From Deferribacterales bacterium (GTDB lineage Bacteria > Chrysiogenota > Deferribacteres > Deferribacterales > Geovibrionaceae): a DNA stretch of 64,000 bases. The DNA is taken from NCBI GenBank assembly GCA_050251945.1, contig JBFWLW010000005.1, forward strand, positions 32,001 through 96,000, in the 5' to 3' direction. The notes beneath the pieces are model-generated. The model saw only the letters and a program-made list of their open reading frames with translations, did not search any database and had not been told where the DNA came from. The translations under genes were made by a program, and so were the position numbers. Within the stretch, counting starts at the first letter, position 1. Each line of letters opens with the position of its first letter. Below are positions 1 to 9,744 of the stretch, piece by piece.

Positions 1-1
1 T

Positions 2-298
2 GCCGGACACATAATGAACCTCTTTGAAAAAGGCGTGAATGAAGAAAAAAAGAACTCCGAACTGACGGACGCCCTTGAGCTGGGACGGAAAAAACTGCAG
101 GAAACAGAAGTCCAGAATAAAAAACTGACGGAATCTCTGAAAACGTCGGAAGAGGACAATAAAAAAATTTCTGAAGAAAATAAAGAACTAAACGAACGTA
201 TAAGAGCTCTTAACAAAGAAAACGAGAGTATCAGAAATCAGCTTGAGAAGATGAAAGAAGTTGATATGAAGATAGGCGGGAAAATAATTGGAAAATAG
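2..298 (+). CDS. 5'-truncated coiled-coil protein upstream of a GlrR-like regulator (possible QseG/YfhG-like accessory protein)
   Basis: Frame is open from the window edge; E/K-rich heptads; stop overlaps the start of the next gene. Confidence 0.55.
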   Translation, partial: AGHIMNLFEKGVNEEKKNSELTDALELGRKKLQETEVQNKKLTESLKTSEEDNKKISEENKELNERIRALNKENESIRNQLEKMKEVDMKIGGKIIGK

Positions 299-1646
299 CA
301 ATCCGAAAGTGCTTATAGTTGATGACGACAGAAGCCTGCTCGAAATATTGCGGATGAGGTTCGGCAGCAGCGGATACACTCCTTTTGCCGCGGGCAGCAG
401 TGCCGAAGCGATTGAGCTGGTCAGAAACGATATATTCGACGCAGCCGTCTTTGACATGCGCATCGACGGAAGAACAGGACTGGAACTTATGCGCGAAATA
501 AGAAATCTGGACTGGGGGCTGCCTGTTATTTTTCTCACCGCATACGGAACTATCGGCGACGCCGTGCAGGCTATGCAGGAGGGCGCATTCAGCTATCTGA
601 CCAAGCCTTTCAATCATAAGGAACTGATGGTCAAGGTAGATAACGCCGTAAGCCAGAACGCATCATCACGCAGGCTGCTCAGGGCGGGAGCGGGTGAAAA
701 TCATTCTGTAATGGCGGAGACCATAATAGGTGTTTCGGAAAAGACGAAAACCCTTCGGGAGCGTATTGCAATTGCCGCCGAGAGCGACGCGAGCGTCTTT
801 ATATACGGTGAAAGCGGCACAGGAAAGGAACTTGCCGCCAGAATGCTGCACGAATCGGGCAGCAGAAAAAATGCTCCTTTCGTGGCGGTCAATTCGTCAG
901 CAATTCCCGAAACACTCATAGAAAGTGAGCTTTTCGGGTATGAAAAGGGTGCTTTTACAGGTGCCGACAGGAAAAAGAAAGGTTTCTTTGAACAGGCGCA
1001 GAACGGAACGATCTTCCTCGACGAGATATCCGAGATGCCTTTTTCGATGCAGACAAAACTTCTGCGGGTTCTTGAAAACAGAGAGGTTTCCCCTTTGGGC
1101 AGTGAAAGAACAGTCAAACTTGATTTCAGGCTGGTTTCGGCATCGAATAAGGATCTTCTGGCGCTGATAGACAAAAAAGAGTTTCGCGCCGACCTTTTTT
1201 ACAGGATACATGTCGTTCAGATAGAACTTCCGCCACTGCGCGACCGCAAAGAGGATATTCCTCTGCTCAGCTGGCATTTCATAAATAAGTATGCCGGTCG
1301 GTATGGACGCGCCGCGCGTTCACTTTCACAGGATGCTCTTGAAAAGCTTATGAATTATGACTGGGCGGGGAACATACGCGAGCTTGAAAACGTTATCGAG
1401 TGTGCGGTGGTGCTTGCTCCGAAAGATATCATAAAGGCGGACATGATACGGTTTGCGCAGAATCCGGATAAACATGCACAGGTATACCGGGAAGCGAAAA
1501 AACAGTTCGAGGAAGTTTTTCTGCGTCAGCTCATGGGAAAAACAAAGGGGAATGTAAGCAAAGCGTCAAAGCTTTCGGATATATACAGAGCCGATCTGTA
1601 CGATCTTCTCAAAAAACATTCTATCAATCCTGCCGATTTCAGATAA
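288..1646 (+). CDS. Sigma-54-dependent response regulator (REC-AAA+-HTH; GlrR/NtrC family)
   Basis: VLIVDDD receiver, GESGTGKE Walker A, intact GAFTGA, FLDEI Walker B, Fis-type HTH. Confidence 0.95.
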   Translation: MENSNPKVLIVDDDRSLLEILRMRFGSSGYTPFAAGSSAEAIELVRNDIFDAAVFDMRIDGRTGLELMREIRNLDWGLPVIFLTAYGTIGDAVQAMQEGAFSYLTKPFNHKELMVKVDNAVSQNASSRRLLRAGAGENHSVMAETIIGVSEKTKTLRERIAIAAESDASVFIYGESGTGKELAARMLHESGSRKNAPFVAVNSSAIPETLIESELFGYEKGAFTGADRKKKGFFEQAQNGTIFLDEISEMPFSMQTKLLRVLENREVSPLGSERTVKLDFRLVSASNKDLLALIDKKEFRADLFYRIHVVQIELPPLRDRKEDIPLLSWHFINKYAGRYGRAARSLSQDALEKLMNYDWAGNIRELENVIECAVVLAPKDIIKADMIRFAQNPDKHAQVYREAKKQFEEVFLRQLMGKTKGNVSKASKLSDIYRADLYDLLKKHSINPADFR

Positions 1647-1671
1647 AAAAAGCGGAGCTTTCGCTCCGCTT

Positions 1672-1938
1672 CAGACTGATGACAAACTGGATTTTACGTT
1701 CCGATCTCCCCCTTTAGAAAAGGGGGATTAAGGGGGATTTTGATTAAACATCAATCAAATCCACCCCAACCCTCCTTTTGCTAAAGGATGGAGAAAAATG
1801 GAAATTATGACAAAGTTGAAAAAGACGAGATCGCTTTGTCGCTACTCTTCTCGCGAAGACGTAAGTTACTGTCATTGCGAGGAAGCCGCAGGCTGACGCG
1901 GCAATCTCATTGATTTTAACCGGTTTATTAATAACCTG
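1672..1938 (+). mobile_element. MITE-like element, copy a (IS1182-like ends, carries two REP types)
   Basis: Begins CAGACTGATGACAAA, ends TTTATTAATAACCTG; flanked by direct copies of hairpin AGCGGAGCTTTCGCTCCGC (1651-1669, 1939-1957). Confidence 0.75.
1706..1793. repeat. Inverted pair of CCCCCTTT..AAAGGGGG..GGGGGATTT palindromic repeats
   Basis: ctccccctttagaaaagggggattaagggggattt ... aaatccaccccaaccctccttttgctaaaggatggag. Confidence 0.65.
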
Positions 1939-1965
1939 AGCGGAGCTTTCGCTCCGCCTTGGTTG

Positions 1966-2562
1966 TTATTTCTGCCAGCCTTCCGGATTGTTTTTGTAGT
2001 AATCTTTCATTTTTTCAGGATCAGGAGTCATAACTTCTTTGCCGGGTGTCCAGCCTGCGGGACAAACTTCGCCGTGTTTTGCAACGAACTGAAGTGCGTC
2101 AACGTTTCTGAGAATTTCAGTTACGTTTCTGCCGATGCTGTTGCTGTGGATCAGTTCAAACTGAACGTTGCCTTCGGGGTCGATGATGAATGTGGCGCGC
2201 AGAGCCATGCCGCCTTCAAGAAGAACGCCGTAGTCTGTTGCGATGGCTTTTGTGAAATCAGCAACAAGGGGATATGCGATGTCGCCGAGACCGCCCTCTT
2301 TTCTGGGAGTGTTTATCCATGCAAGGTGGCTGAATTTGCTGTCGGTGGAAACGCCTATAATCTGGGTATTTCTTTTTGTAAATTCTGCGTTTGCATCAGA
2401 GAGCGATGTGATCTCTGTGGGGCATACGAATGTGAAGTCCATGGGATAGAAGAAAAGAACTACCCATTTGCCTTTGTAGTCTTCAAGGCTTACATTTTTG
2501 AATTCTTTGTTGAGAACTGCTGCTTCAGAAAAAGCGGGTGCTTGTTTTGTTACAAGGCTCAT
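1966..2562 (-). CDS. ahpC: 2-Cys peroxiredoxin (AhpC/Prx1)
   Basis: FYPMDFTFVCPTE and GEVCPAGW motifs; start moved to ATG 2562 behind GGAGG. Confidence 0.95.
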   Translation of the reverse strand: MSLVTKQAPAFSEAAVLNKEFKNVSLEDYKGKWVVLFFYPMDFTFVCPTEITSLSDANAEFTKRNTQIIGVSTDSKFSHLAWINTPRKEGGLGDIAYPLVADFTKAIATDYGVLLEGGMALRATFIIDPEGNVQFELIHSNSIGRNVTEILRNVDALQFVAKHGEVCPAGWTPGKEVMTPDPEKMKDYYKNNPEGWQK

Positions 2563-2676
2563 TGTAATTTCCTCCGTTAATTTTGAGTTAGTGATAATTT
2601 TTATTAACAATATTCTTTTTTTTCGGAGTTGTCAATATAAAAATGAGATTAAAACTGTCTCTTTAATGTCAGATAA

Positions 2677-3210
2677 TTATAGTTCCTTCTGATACGTCAC
2701 GATTTCCTCTTCGTCGAAGAAGAACATGAATCTGTTTAAAGATGAACGTTTTATAAGTTTGCCATCTGGCAGAAGCTGATAGACTGACTGCATATTTATG
2801 TTCATCGAATCACTGCGTCCCCGTTCAAACACCCAGTTTTTAAGAACGATGGAATCGCCAGCGCGGGTGAGCGAACAACTACTTATGTCGTTGATATCTA
2901 CACAGGAATAACTGCCGTCGGTTTTTTGCATGAATCTGTAGGTATTTTTTGTCTGCGCTCCGGCGTTGTCAACCGTGGTCTCCTGCATGAAGATTGCGCC
3001 GTTTTCGGAATATGCCTTAAGGGTGGATTTAAACGTATATTTGGCGTTGCCGAAGATGTCAACCCGCATGCCGTTTCCTTCATATACGCCGTCGAAAACG
3101 CTTTCAGGTGTTGCGTATGCGCCCGCCTGCATCGTCCCTTCCGCTGTCAGCGCAGTGACACAGCCTGTGAGCAGAGACATCATTGCCATCAATATAATAA
3201 TATGTTTCAT
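2677..3210 (-). CDS. Hypothetical lipoprotein
   Basis: Signal peptide with lipobox LTGC; promoter TTGACT-N16-TATAAT ends 6 nt before ATG. Confidence 0.75.
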   Translation of the reverse strand: MKHIIILMAMMSLLTGCVTALTAEGTMQAGAYATPESVFDGVYEGNGMRVDIFGNAKYTFKSTLKAYSENGAIFMQETTVDNAGAQTKNTYRFMQKTDGSYSCVDINDISSCSLTRAGDSIVLKNWVFERGRSDSMNINMQSVYQLLPDGKLIKRSSLNRFMFFFDEEEIVTYQKEL

Positions 3211-3251
3211 GAGCTGATTATATTACTGCCGCGGCGGAAGTCAAAAGGAAA

Positions 3252-3701
3252 TTAAAAGATGATGGGCTTCTGTCTTGAGTTCCTGACCTCTTCTAGATGG
3301 CTGTCCCAGACAAGTTTGCTGATCACATTCTCGTTGCGCAAGGAAAGTTTATGGAATTTAACGCCTGCAATGCTGTCCGTAACCCACATTACCACGCCTT
3401 CCAGAGGCTGCAGTTCATGTTTTGTACTCATGAAATATACGTCCTCGCAGGTGAGACATGCCTGTTTTGTGAGGCAGTTTTTGGTGCGCATCTCAACTAT
3501 ATCGCCTATTTTCAATATGTTTTTCTGACCGAAGCAGATACCGCCCGCACTGATATCCAGCGATTTTGTGCGGAAGCAGATGTTTGCCGTTTCGGATTCA
3601 GGCGCTCCGCGTCTTCTCACGCTTGTGACGCAAAGGTCAAGAGTGACTCTGACCCTCATGTGTTCGCGTCTGTTAACTACTTTTTCTGGTAGGAATGTCA
3701 T
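3252..3701 (-). CDS. PilZ-domain c-di-GMP receptor with Cys-rich insertion
   Basis: RREHMR and DISAGG motifs; AGGAGA RBS. Confidence 0.85.
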   Translation of the reverse strand: MTFLPEKVVNRREHMRVRVTLDLCVTSVRRRGAPESETANICFRTKSLDISAGGICFGQKNILKIGDIVEMRTKNCLTKQACLTCEDVYFMSTKHELQPLEGVVMWVTDSIAGVKFHKLSLRNENVISKLVWDSHLEEVRNSRQKPIIF

Positions 3702-3771
3702 GTTATCTCCTCTATCATTATCATCGTCATTTCGTTTGATAAATCAAGGGAAAAATAACTTGAGAATGTTA

Positions 3772-5085
3772 TTATATATGAAGCTTTTTCACATAATCCG
3801 AAATAATCTGTTTATGGTCAAATGCTATATTCACGGGAAGTTCCGTAAACTTAAAGAACACTGCATTTTTTGCGTCGTCACCCGCTTTGGGAGTCTGCGC
3901 GGAATCTGTGTAATACACAGCGGTCGCGGTATGTCCTCTTTTATCTCTTTTCGGATCGGAATAGATGCCGAGCAGTTCTATTTTGTCGGCTTTGATACCT
4001 GTTTCTTCAAAAAGTTCGCGGACGGCAGCGTCTTCAACTTTTTCGCCGTAGTCGACAAATCCTCCGGGGATCGCCCAGCCGAGAGGCTCGTTAATCCGTT
4101 CGATAAGCAGGATGGAGTCACCGTTTCGGACTATTACATCCGCAGTAAGTTTCGGAGTGTAAAGGTAGTGACCGCCGTATTTGAACTGAACGCTTCTGAA
4201 CACGGTTTCGCAGTAGGGTGCGGATAGTCCGTGTTTTTCAAGTGTTCTTATGACTGGACCAAGGATTCCGTCTATCTCCGGATTTTTAAGCCTTTCTATG
4301 TCCTGAAGCATGCTCGTTTTGTATTTTTCAAGCTGATCGCTGTACTTTATCTTCTGACGCCATTCCTGTTCGGTAATGGTGACGCCATCAAGCTTTGCCG
4401 CGGCGACCGTCTCTTTTACCATCTTTTCGATTAGCTCGAAAATGAGCGGATTTCTCATCATCGGACCGCATGTGCTTTCAAGAAGCGCTGAAAGCGGGTT
4501 ATAAGCCACGTTCCAGACCAGTTTGCTCCAAAGAGTGTGCCTTATGTCGGGAGAGATGTTTGAAAGTACTTCGCTCTTGTCGAATATCTCCTTTATGGGC
4601 TGTTCAAATCGTTTCGCACCTTCCGACCATGCGCCGAAGATGCATTCGCCCGTGCTTGTGTGGTTAACGGTTCCGGCAGGCTCAATCCACAGACCGACAA
4701 ACAGACTTGCGCCGACGGTTCTGTCCGCCCCGAAATGCTCCGCCAGAACGTTCGGGTTTTCCACGCCGTTCTGGAAAGACACGATGCATCCGTCATCCGC
4801 GAGATTGTCCTTTAACTGTCTGCACGTTTCCCCGGTATCCTGCGATTTGACGCAGAGGATTATCATGCCGTATCTGCCGCTTGCCTGAGCCACGGCTTTA
4901 ACAGGGATTACAGGTTCGCCGTGTTTCCAGCTTTTCATTTTCAGAACGCCTGTTTCCTGCATGGCTTTCAGGTGTCTGCCCCTTGCCATGAGTTCAACGT
5001 CGTAGCCTGCCTTTGACATCAGCCCGCCGTAAAAGCTGCCGATGGCTCCGGCTCCTGCAATGAGTATTCTTTTATTTGAGAACAA
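3772..5085 (-). CDS. panE: Ketopantoate reductase fused to a C-terminal Nudix hydrolase
   Basis: GAGAIG, CVKS, QNG, WSKLVWN and TSMLQD motifs, then Nudix box GGFVDYGEKVEDAAVRELFEETG in one frame. Confidence 0.9.
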   Translation of the reverse strand: MFSNKRILIAGAGAIGSFYGGLMSKAGYDVELMARGRHLKAMQETGVLKMKSWKHGEPVIPVKAVAQASGRYGMIILCVKSQDTGETCRQLKDNLADDGCIVSFQNGVENPNVLAEHFGADRTVGASLFVGLWIEPAGTVNHTSTGECIFGAWSEGAKRFEQPIKEIFDKSEVLSNISPDIRHTLWSKLVWNVAYNPLSALLESTCGPMMRNPLIFELIEKMVKETVAAAKLDGVTITEQEWRQKIKYSDQLEKYKTSMLQDIERLKNPEIDGILGPVIRTLEKHGLSAPYCETVFRSVQFKYGGHYLYTPKLTADVIVRNGDSILLIERINEPLGWAIPGGFVDYGEKVEDAAVRELFEETGIKADKIELLGIYSDPKRDKRGHTATAVYYTDSAQTPKAGDDAKNAVFFKFTELPVNIAFDHKQIISDYVKKLHI

Positions 5086-5163
5086 TTTGAAACTCCGTAG
5101 ATTAGAATGAGACCGCCGCGCCGCATCATTTTCCGTATGCGGCGCTGACAGCCGTTAAATTTC

Positions 5164-7569
5164 TTACTTAAATACTATTTCAGCCTCTGAAAGTTTTGCT
5201 TTCAGGTTTTTCCGTCTGCCGAATTTGCTGTTGAGCAGAAGCTCGCTCAGCGGGTCTTCTATGAGCGACTGGAGCATCCTTCTTATGGGTCGTGCGCCGT
5301 ATGTGAAGTCATAGTCAGAGTTTAAGATATGCTCTTTAACTTCGTCGTCTATCTCGATGGACTTGCCGATGTCTGCGAGACGTCTGTTAAGTTCGTTCAC
5401 CTGAAGGTCGATGATCTTGAACAGCTCCTGTTTGCCCAGCGGTTTGAACACGATGACGTTGTCCACCCTGTTGATGAATTCGGGCGGGAACTGGTCTTTC
5501 AGTTCGCGGTTTGCGTTTGAGCTGAAAGCGCCGTAGTCTATGGTGTTCAGTTTTCCGGCAGTTTCAAAGCCCATGGATTTCTTGTTAAGGCTGAGTTTCG
5601 TGCCGAGGTTGGACGTCATTATCACTATAGTGTTCTTGAAGTTGACCTTATGTCCGAGACTGTCGGATATGTGTCCGTCGTCAAGTATTTGCAGAAGCAC
5701 GTTGAGAACTTCAGGGTGCGCCTTCTCTATCTCGTCGAAAAGTACGACGCTGTAAGGTTTTCTGCGCACAAGCTCCGTAAGTTTTCCGCCCTCTTCATAT
5801 CCGACGTACCCGGGGGGGGCGCCGATAAGTTTGGAGGCGTTGAACCTCTCCATATATTCACTCATGTCGATGCGGACAAGGGCTGATTCGGAACCGAATA
5901 CTATTTCCGCGAGTTTTTTCGCGACTTCGGTTTTCCCGACCCCTGTGGGTCCCATAAATATGAATGAGCCAAGCGGTCTGTTTGGGTTTGACAGCCCTGC
6001 GAAGCTTCGTTTCACGGCTTTTGCCAGCGCGTTCACCGCCTCGTCCTGTCCTATGACGTGTTTCTTTATCTCTGTGTCAATTTTGGATATCCGCGTCAGA
6101 TCGTCCTGCTGGAGTTTCTGTACGGGGATTCCGGTCATATGAGCAACAACCTCGCTGACATTCTCCACATGAAGCGTCGGCCAGTTGTCGTCAAGTTCTT
6201 TTACCCAGCTTTTTTCCATTTCAGCGGCTTTTTTGGAGAAACGCTCAACATCCTTTGAAAATCTCTGGATATCGTCGTAATCCGAAGCCTTGAGCTTCTC
6301 GTCGCGTGTGGTTCTCGCCTCGTTCAGCTTCGCCTTGAGTTTAAGCAGAGCTTCCGGCACCTGACGCACAGCGAGTTTCAGTCTTGAGCAGGCTTCATCC
6401 AGAACGTCGATGCTCTTGTCGGGCTGGAACTTGTCGGTGATGTACCTGTCCGTGAGCCTTGCTATCTCTTCCAGAACCTCGTGGCTGATGAGAACCTTGT
6501 GGAAGTCCTCGTAATATCGCTTGATGCCCGCGAGTATCTCGACCGTAGCTATAACGGAGGGCTGTTCCACGGGGATGGTCTGGAATCTTCTGTTGAGCGC
6601 GCCGTCCTTTTCAAAGTTCTTGCGGAACTCGCTGAGGGTGGTTGCGCCTATACACTGGAAAACACCCCTTGCAAGGGCAGGTTTCAGCATGTTCGACGCG
6701 TCGATGGAACCTTCCGCGGCTCCCGCGCCGACCATGGTGTGTATCTCGTCGATGAAGATTATGATATTGCCGTCCGTCTCTATCTCTTTGATGAGGTTCT
6801 TCATCCGCTCTTCAAACTGACCGCGGTACTTCGTACCGGCGACCACGTTGCCAAGCTCAAGAGATATCAGTCTCTTATTGCGCAAAAAGTCCGGTATGTC
6901 GTCGGAGATCATGCGCAGTGCAAGCCCCTCGACTATTGCTGTTTTGCCGACCCCGGGTTCGCCGATGATAACGGCGTTGTTCTTGATGCGTCTTCCGAGT
7001 ATCTGGATAAGTCTTTCTATCTCTTTTCCGCGCCCGATAACAGGGTCAAGTTTGCCCTCTCTCGCCTGCGCGGTCATGTCTCTGCCGAACTCGTCTATGG
7101 TGGGAGTCGCCGCCTGTCCCTGCTTTTTGCTGTAGGTGCGGATAAGTCCCGCTATCTCGTCGCGCAGGGGGAGCAGTTCAAAGCCCAGCTTTGAAAGGAG
7201 CATGGATGCCTTTCCCTTCTTCTCTTTCAGAAGACCGAGAAGGATATGCTCGGTGTTGACATATTTTGTGTTAAGAATCTTCGCCTCGTCCACTGCATAG
7301 TCCAGAACATTCTTGCCGGCGGGGCTGAACGGGAGACTCCCTTTTATCATAAGGTTGTGTCCCTTTTCGCTGACGCTTTTAACATCGTTCATCAGCATTG
7401 TGACGTCTATGCCCCGTTTGGTGAATATTTCGGCTGCTATGCCGGAACGTTCGCGCAGAAGTCCCATAAGGATATGCTCTGTGTCGATGGACGACTGCAT
7501 AAGCCTTTCGGAAGCTTCTCTTGCAAACAGGATCACGCGTCTGGCTCTGTCGGTAAATAATTCAAACAT
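5164..7569 (-). CDS. clpC: ATP-dependent Clp protease ATP-binding subunit (ClpC-like)
   Basis: Two Clp-N repeats; GEPGVGKT and [11 protein letters not shown] ClpP-binding loop; start moved to MFELFT. Confidence 0.92.
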   Translation of the reverse strand: MFELFTDRARRVILFAREASERLMQSSIDTEHILMGLLRERSGIAAEIFTKRGIDVTMLMNDVKSVSEKGHNLMIKGSLPFSPAGKNVLDYAVDEAKILNTKYVNTEHILLGLLKEKKGKASMLLSKLGFELLPLRDEIAGLIRTYSKKQGQAATPTIDEFGRDMTAQAREGKLDPVIGRGKEIERLIQILGRRIKNNAVIIGEPGVGKTAIVEGLALRMISDDIPDFLRNKRLISLELGNVVAGTKYRGQFEERMKNLIKEIETDGNIIIFIDEIHTMVGAGAAEGSIDASNMLKPALARGVFQCIGATTLSEFRKNFEKDGALNRRFQTIPVEQPSVIATVEILAGIKRYYEDFHKVLISHEVLEEIARLTDRYITDKFQPDKSIDVLDEACSRLKLAVRQVPEALLKLKAKLNEARTTRDEKLKASDYDDIQRFSKDVERFSKKAAEMEKSWVKELDDNWPTLHVENVSEVVAHMTGIPVQKLQQDDLTRISKIDTEIKKHVIGQDEAVNALAKAVKRSFAGLSNPNRPLGSFIFMGPTGVGKTEVAKKLAEIVFGSESALVRIDMSEYMERFNASKLIGAPPGYVGYEEGGKLTELVRRKPYSVVLFDEIEKAHPEVLNVLLQILDDGHISDSLGHKVNFKNTIVIMTSNLGTKLSLNKKSMGFETAGKLNTIDYGAFSSNANRELKDQFPPEFINRVDNVIVFKPLGKQELFKIIDLQVNELNRRLADIGKSIEIDDEVKEHILNSDYDFTYGARPIRRMLQSLIEDPLSELLLNSKFGRRKNLKAKLSEAEIVFK

Positions 7570-7745
7570 ATAAGTATCCCTTAATAAGATAAATCTATTA
7601 TATTGCCTGCGGGTATGGTTTATCAAGGACAATCTCAATAATCATGAATATATAACCCGACAGAAATACTCGCAATAAGAATTGAGTTGACACAAGTGTG
7701 CGTAATCATAATAATATTTTAAGTAGCTCATATAAGGAGTGTTTT

Positions 7746-8285
7746 ATGAATCAAAAAAACCTTTTCGCAGTTACGCTTATCGCGGCGGACAGACCCGGGA
7801 TAGTCGCGGCGGTGTCTAAAATATTCTACGAAAACAGCTTTAACATAGAGGATTCCAGCTCTACTCTTTTGCAGGGTTTTTTCTCCGCAATATTTATCGT
7901 CAGCAAAGACGGAGTTGATGCGGACGGCGTAAAAAAAATGTTCGCTTCACTTGAAAAGACCATGAATATAGACTTTCATGTGCAGGCTATGAGCGAAGCA
8001 GGGGTCAAACCCATCGGCGAACATTTCATAATCTCCGTTTACGGTTCCGACAAACCCGGCATCGTGAACAAAGTTGCCGAATACCTCGCAAACAGAGAGA
8101 TAAACATCCTCGACCTGCAGACAAAGGTCGCAGGTTCGGAAAAAAGCCCCATATACCTTATGGTGCTTGAGGTTATCATCGATCCCAAAATGATGGGTAC
8201 AGGCTGGGAAGACGACCTGAAAAAAATATCCAGAGATATGGGTACCGACGTAAACATCAGACAGATAGAAACATACGAGTTTTAA
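7746..8285 (+). CDS. Tandem ACT-domain protein (GcvR-like)
   Basis: ADRPGIVA and SDKPGIVN motifs; ATG 7746 behind AGGAG. Confidence 0.85.
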   Translation: MNQKNLFAVTLIAADRPGIVAAVSKIFYENSFNIEDSSSTLLQGFFSAIFIVSKDGVDADGVKKMFASLEKTMNIDFHVQAMSEAGVKPIGEHFIISVYGSDKPGIVNKVAEYLANREINILDLQTKVAGSEKSPIYLMVLEVIIDPKMMGTGWEDDLKKISRDMGTDVNIRQIETYEF

Positions 8286-8288
8286 CAT

Positions 8289-8792
8289 ATGGCAGTCAGA
8301 GAAGTATTGAAATATCCGGATCCCCGTCTGAAGGAGATCGCAGACGACGTCGTTGAGATAAACGATTATATAAAGCAGGTCATCACAGACCTTTCAGACA
8401 CAATGGAAGCCGCAGGACACTCCACAGGCATAGCCGCAACGCAGATAGGCGAGAACGTGCGCATAGTTGTTGCGGATGCTTCAAAGAATGCAAAGTGCGA
8501 GGTTAACCACGGCAGACTTGTTCTGATCAATCCGGAGGTTATCCAGTGGGAGGGCATGATACAGTTCCGCGAGGGCTGTATGAGCGTGCCGGACTACACT
8601 GGAAACGTTAACCGCGCCAAGAAGATACTTCTGCGGTATCAGGATGAGAATCTTGAGCAGAAGGTCATTGAGGCGGAGGATTTCGAGGCGGTGCTTTTAC
8701 AGCATGAGACAGACCACCTCGACGGTACGCTGTTCCTCGACAGGGTCATATCCAAACGTACCGACCTGTTCCGCAGAAAGAAATTCAAATAG
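8289..8792 (+). CDS. def: Peptide deformylase
   Basis: GIAATQIG, EGCMS and HETDHLDG motifs. Confidence 0.95.
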   Translation: MAVREVLKYPDPRLKEIADDVVEINDYIKQVITDLSDTMEAAGHSTGIAATQIGENVRIVVADASKNAKCEVNHGRLVLINPEVIQWEGMIQFREGCMSVPDYTGNVNRAKKILLRYQDENLEQKVIEAEDFEAVLLQHETDHLDGTLFLDRVISKRTDLFRRKKFK

Positions 8793-8793
8793 G

Positions 8794-8928
8794 TTATTCA
8801 GCGCTCAGCTCATAAGCGACCTGTTCCTTTGCCTGCGGCTGAACGTTTTTCTGTCCGCCGTTAACAGCGAACAGTATAAGAAATCCGAAGAATATCACAG
8901 CGGTTATGTGTATTGCATATCTGTCCAT
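8794..8928 (-). CDS. 44-aa single-pass membrane micro-protein (not in ORF track)
   Basis: AGGAGG 5 nt before ATG 8928; MDRYAIHITAVIFFGFLILFAVNGGQKNVQPQAKEQVAYELSAE; TAA at 8796-8794 next to the def stop. Confidence 0.8.
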   Translation of the reverse strand: MDRYAIHITAVIFFGFLILFAVNGGQKNVQPQAKEQVAYELSAE

Positions 8929-8947
8929 ATTTTCCTCCTACAGGTCT

Positions 8948-8984
8948 AATATAAAACAGGCAAGCGACAACTGCTGTCGTTTGC
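8948..8984 (-). promoter_or_regulatory. Putative WYL-activated promoter and operator 1
   Basis: Palindrome GCAAGCGACA-N5-TGTCGTTTGC (8960-8984); minus strand reads TGTCGC-N10-TATATT. Confidence 0.7.
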
Positions 8985-9000
8985 ATGCGAAAAATTATAC

Positions 9001-9702
9001 GTCTCTGCAAGGAATGAAATGACGAAGCAGTCTTAACGGTTCAGATCGCTTTGGGCTGAGCCTCGCGAAGACAAAAAGAGAGTGTCTCTGCGAGGAATGA
9101 AATGGCGGAGCAGTCTTAACGGTTTAGATCGCTTCAGGTTAAGCCCTCGCGAAGACAAAAAGAGAACGTCTCTGCGGGGAATGAAATGGCGAAGCAGTCT
9201 TAACGGTTCAGATCGCTTCGGGCAAAGCCTCGCGAAGACAAAAAGAGAACGTCTCTGCGGGGAATAAAATGACGAAGCAGTCTTAACGGTTCAGATCGCT
9301 TCGGGCTGAGCCTCGCGAAGACAAAATGAGAATGTCTCTGCGGGGAATGAAATGACGAAGCAGTCTTAACAGTTTAGATCGCTTCGGGCTGAGCCCTCGC
9401 GAAGACAAAAAGAGAGTGTCTCTGCGAGGAATGAAATGACGAAGCAGTCTTAACAGTTTAGATCGCTTCGGGCTGAGCCTCGCGAAGACAAAAAGAGAGT
9501 GTCTCTGCGGGGAATGAAATGGCGAAACAGTCTTAACGGTTCAGATCGCTTCGGGCTGAGCCCTCGCGAAGACAAAAAGAGAGTGTCTCTGCGAGGAATG
9601 AAATGACGAAGCAGTCTTAACATTTTAGATCGCTTCGGGCTGAGCCCTCGCGAAGACAAAAAGAGAACGTCTCTGCGAGGAATGAAATGACGAAGCAGTC
9701 TC
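9001..9702. repeat. Tandem array of 8 full plus 1 partial 83/84-bp units, each an inverted REP doublet (BIME-like)
   Basis: Units start at 9001, 9084, 9168, 9251, 9334, 9418, 9501, 9585, 9669; consensus GTCTCTGCGRGGAATGAAATGRCGAAGCAGTCT-TAACRGTTY-AGATCGCTTCGGGCTGAGC(C)CTCGCGAAGAC-AAAAAGAGARY. Confidence 0.95.
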
Positions 9703-9708
9703 AATTCA

Positions 9709-9739
9709 ATGGCGACAATATGTGTCGCCGTGGTATACT
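9709..9739 (+). promoter_or_regulatory. Putative WYL operator 2 next to the WYL gene -10 box
   Basis: GGCGACA-N5-TGTCGCC (9711-9729), TATACT (9734-9739), ATG at 9745. Confidence 0.7.
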
Positions 9740-9744
9740 TTCCC

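Noticed and set aside
9001..9702. CRISPR array
   Set aside because: No unique spacers, whole units are near-identical, and no cas genes are present; it is a REP-doublet tandem array
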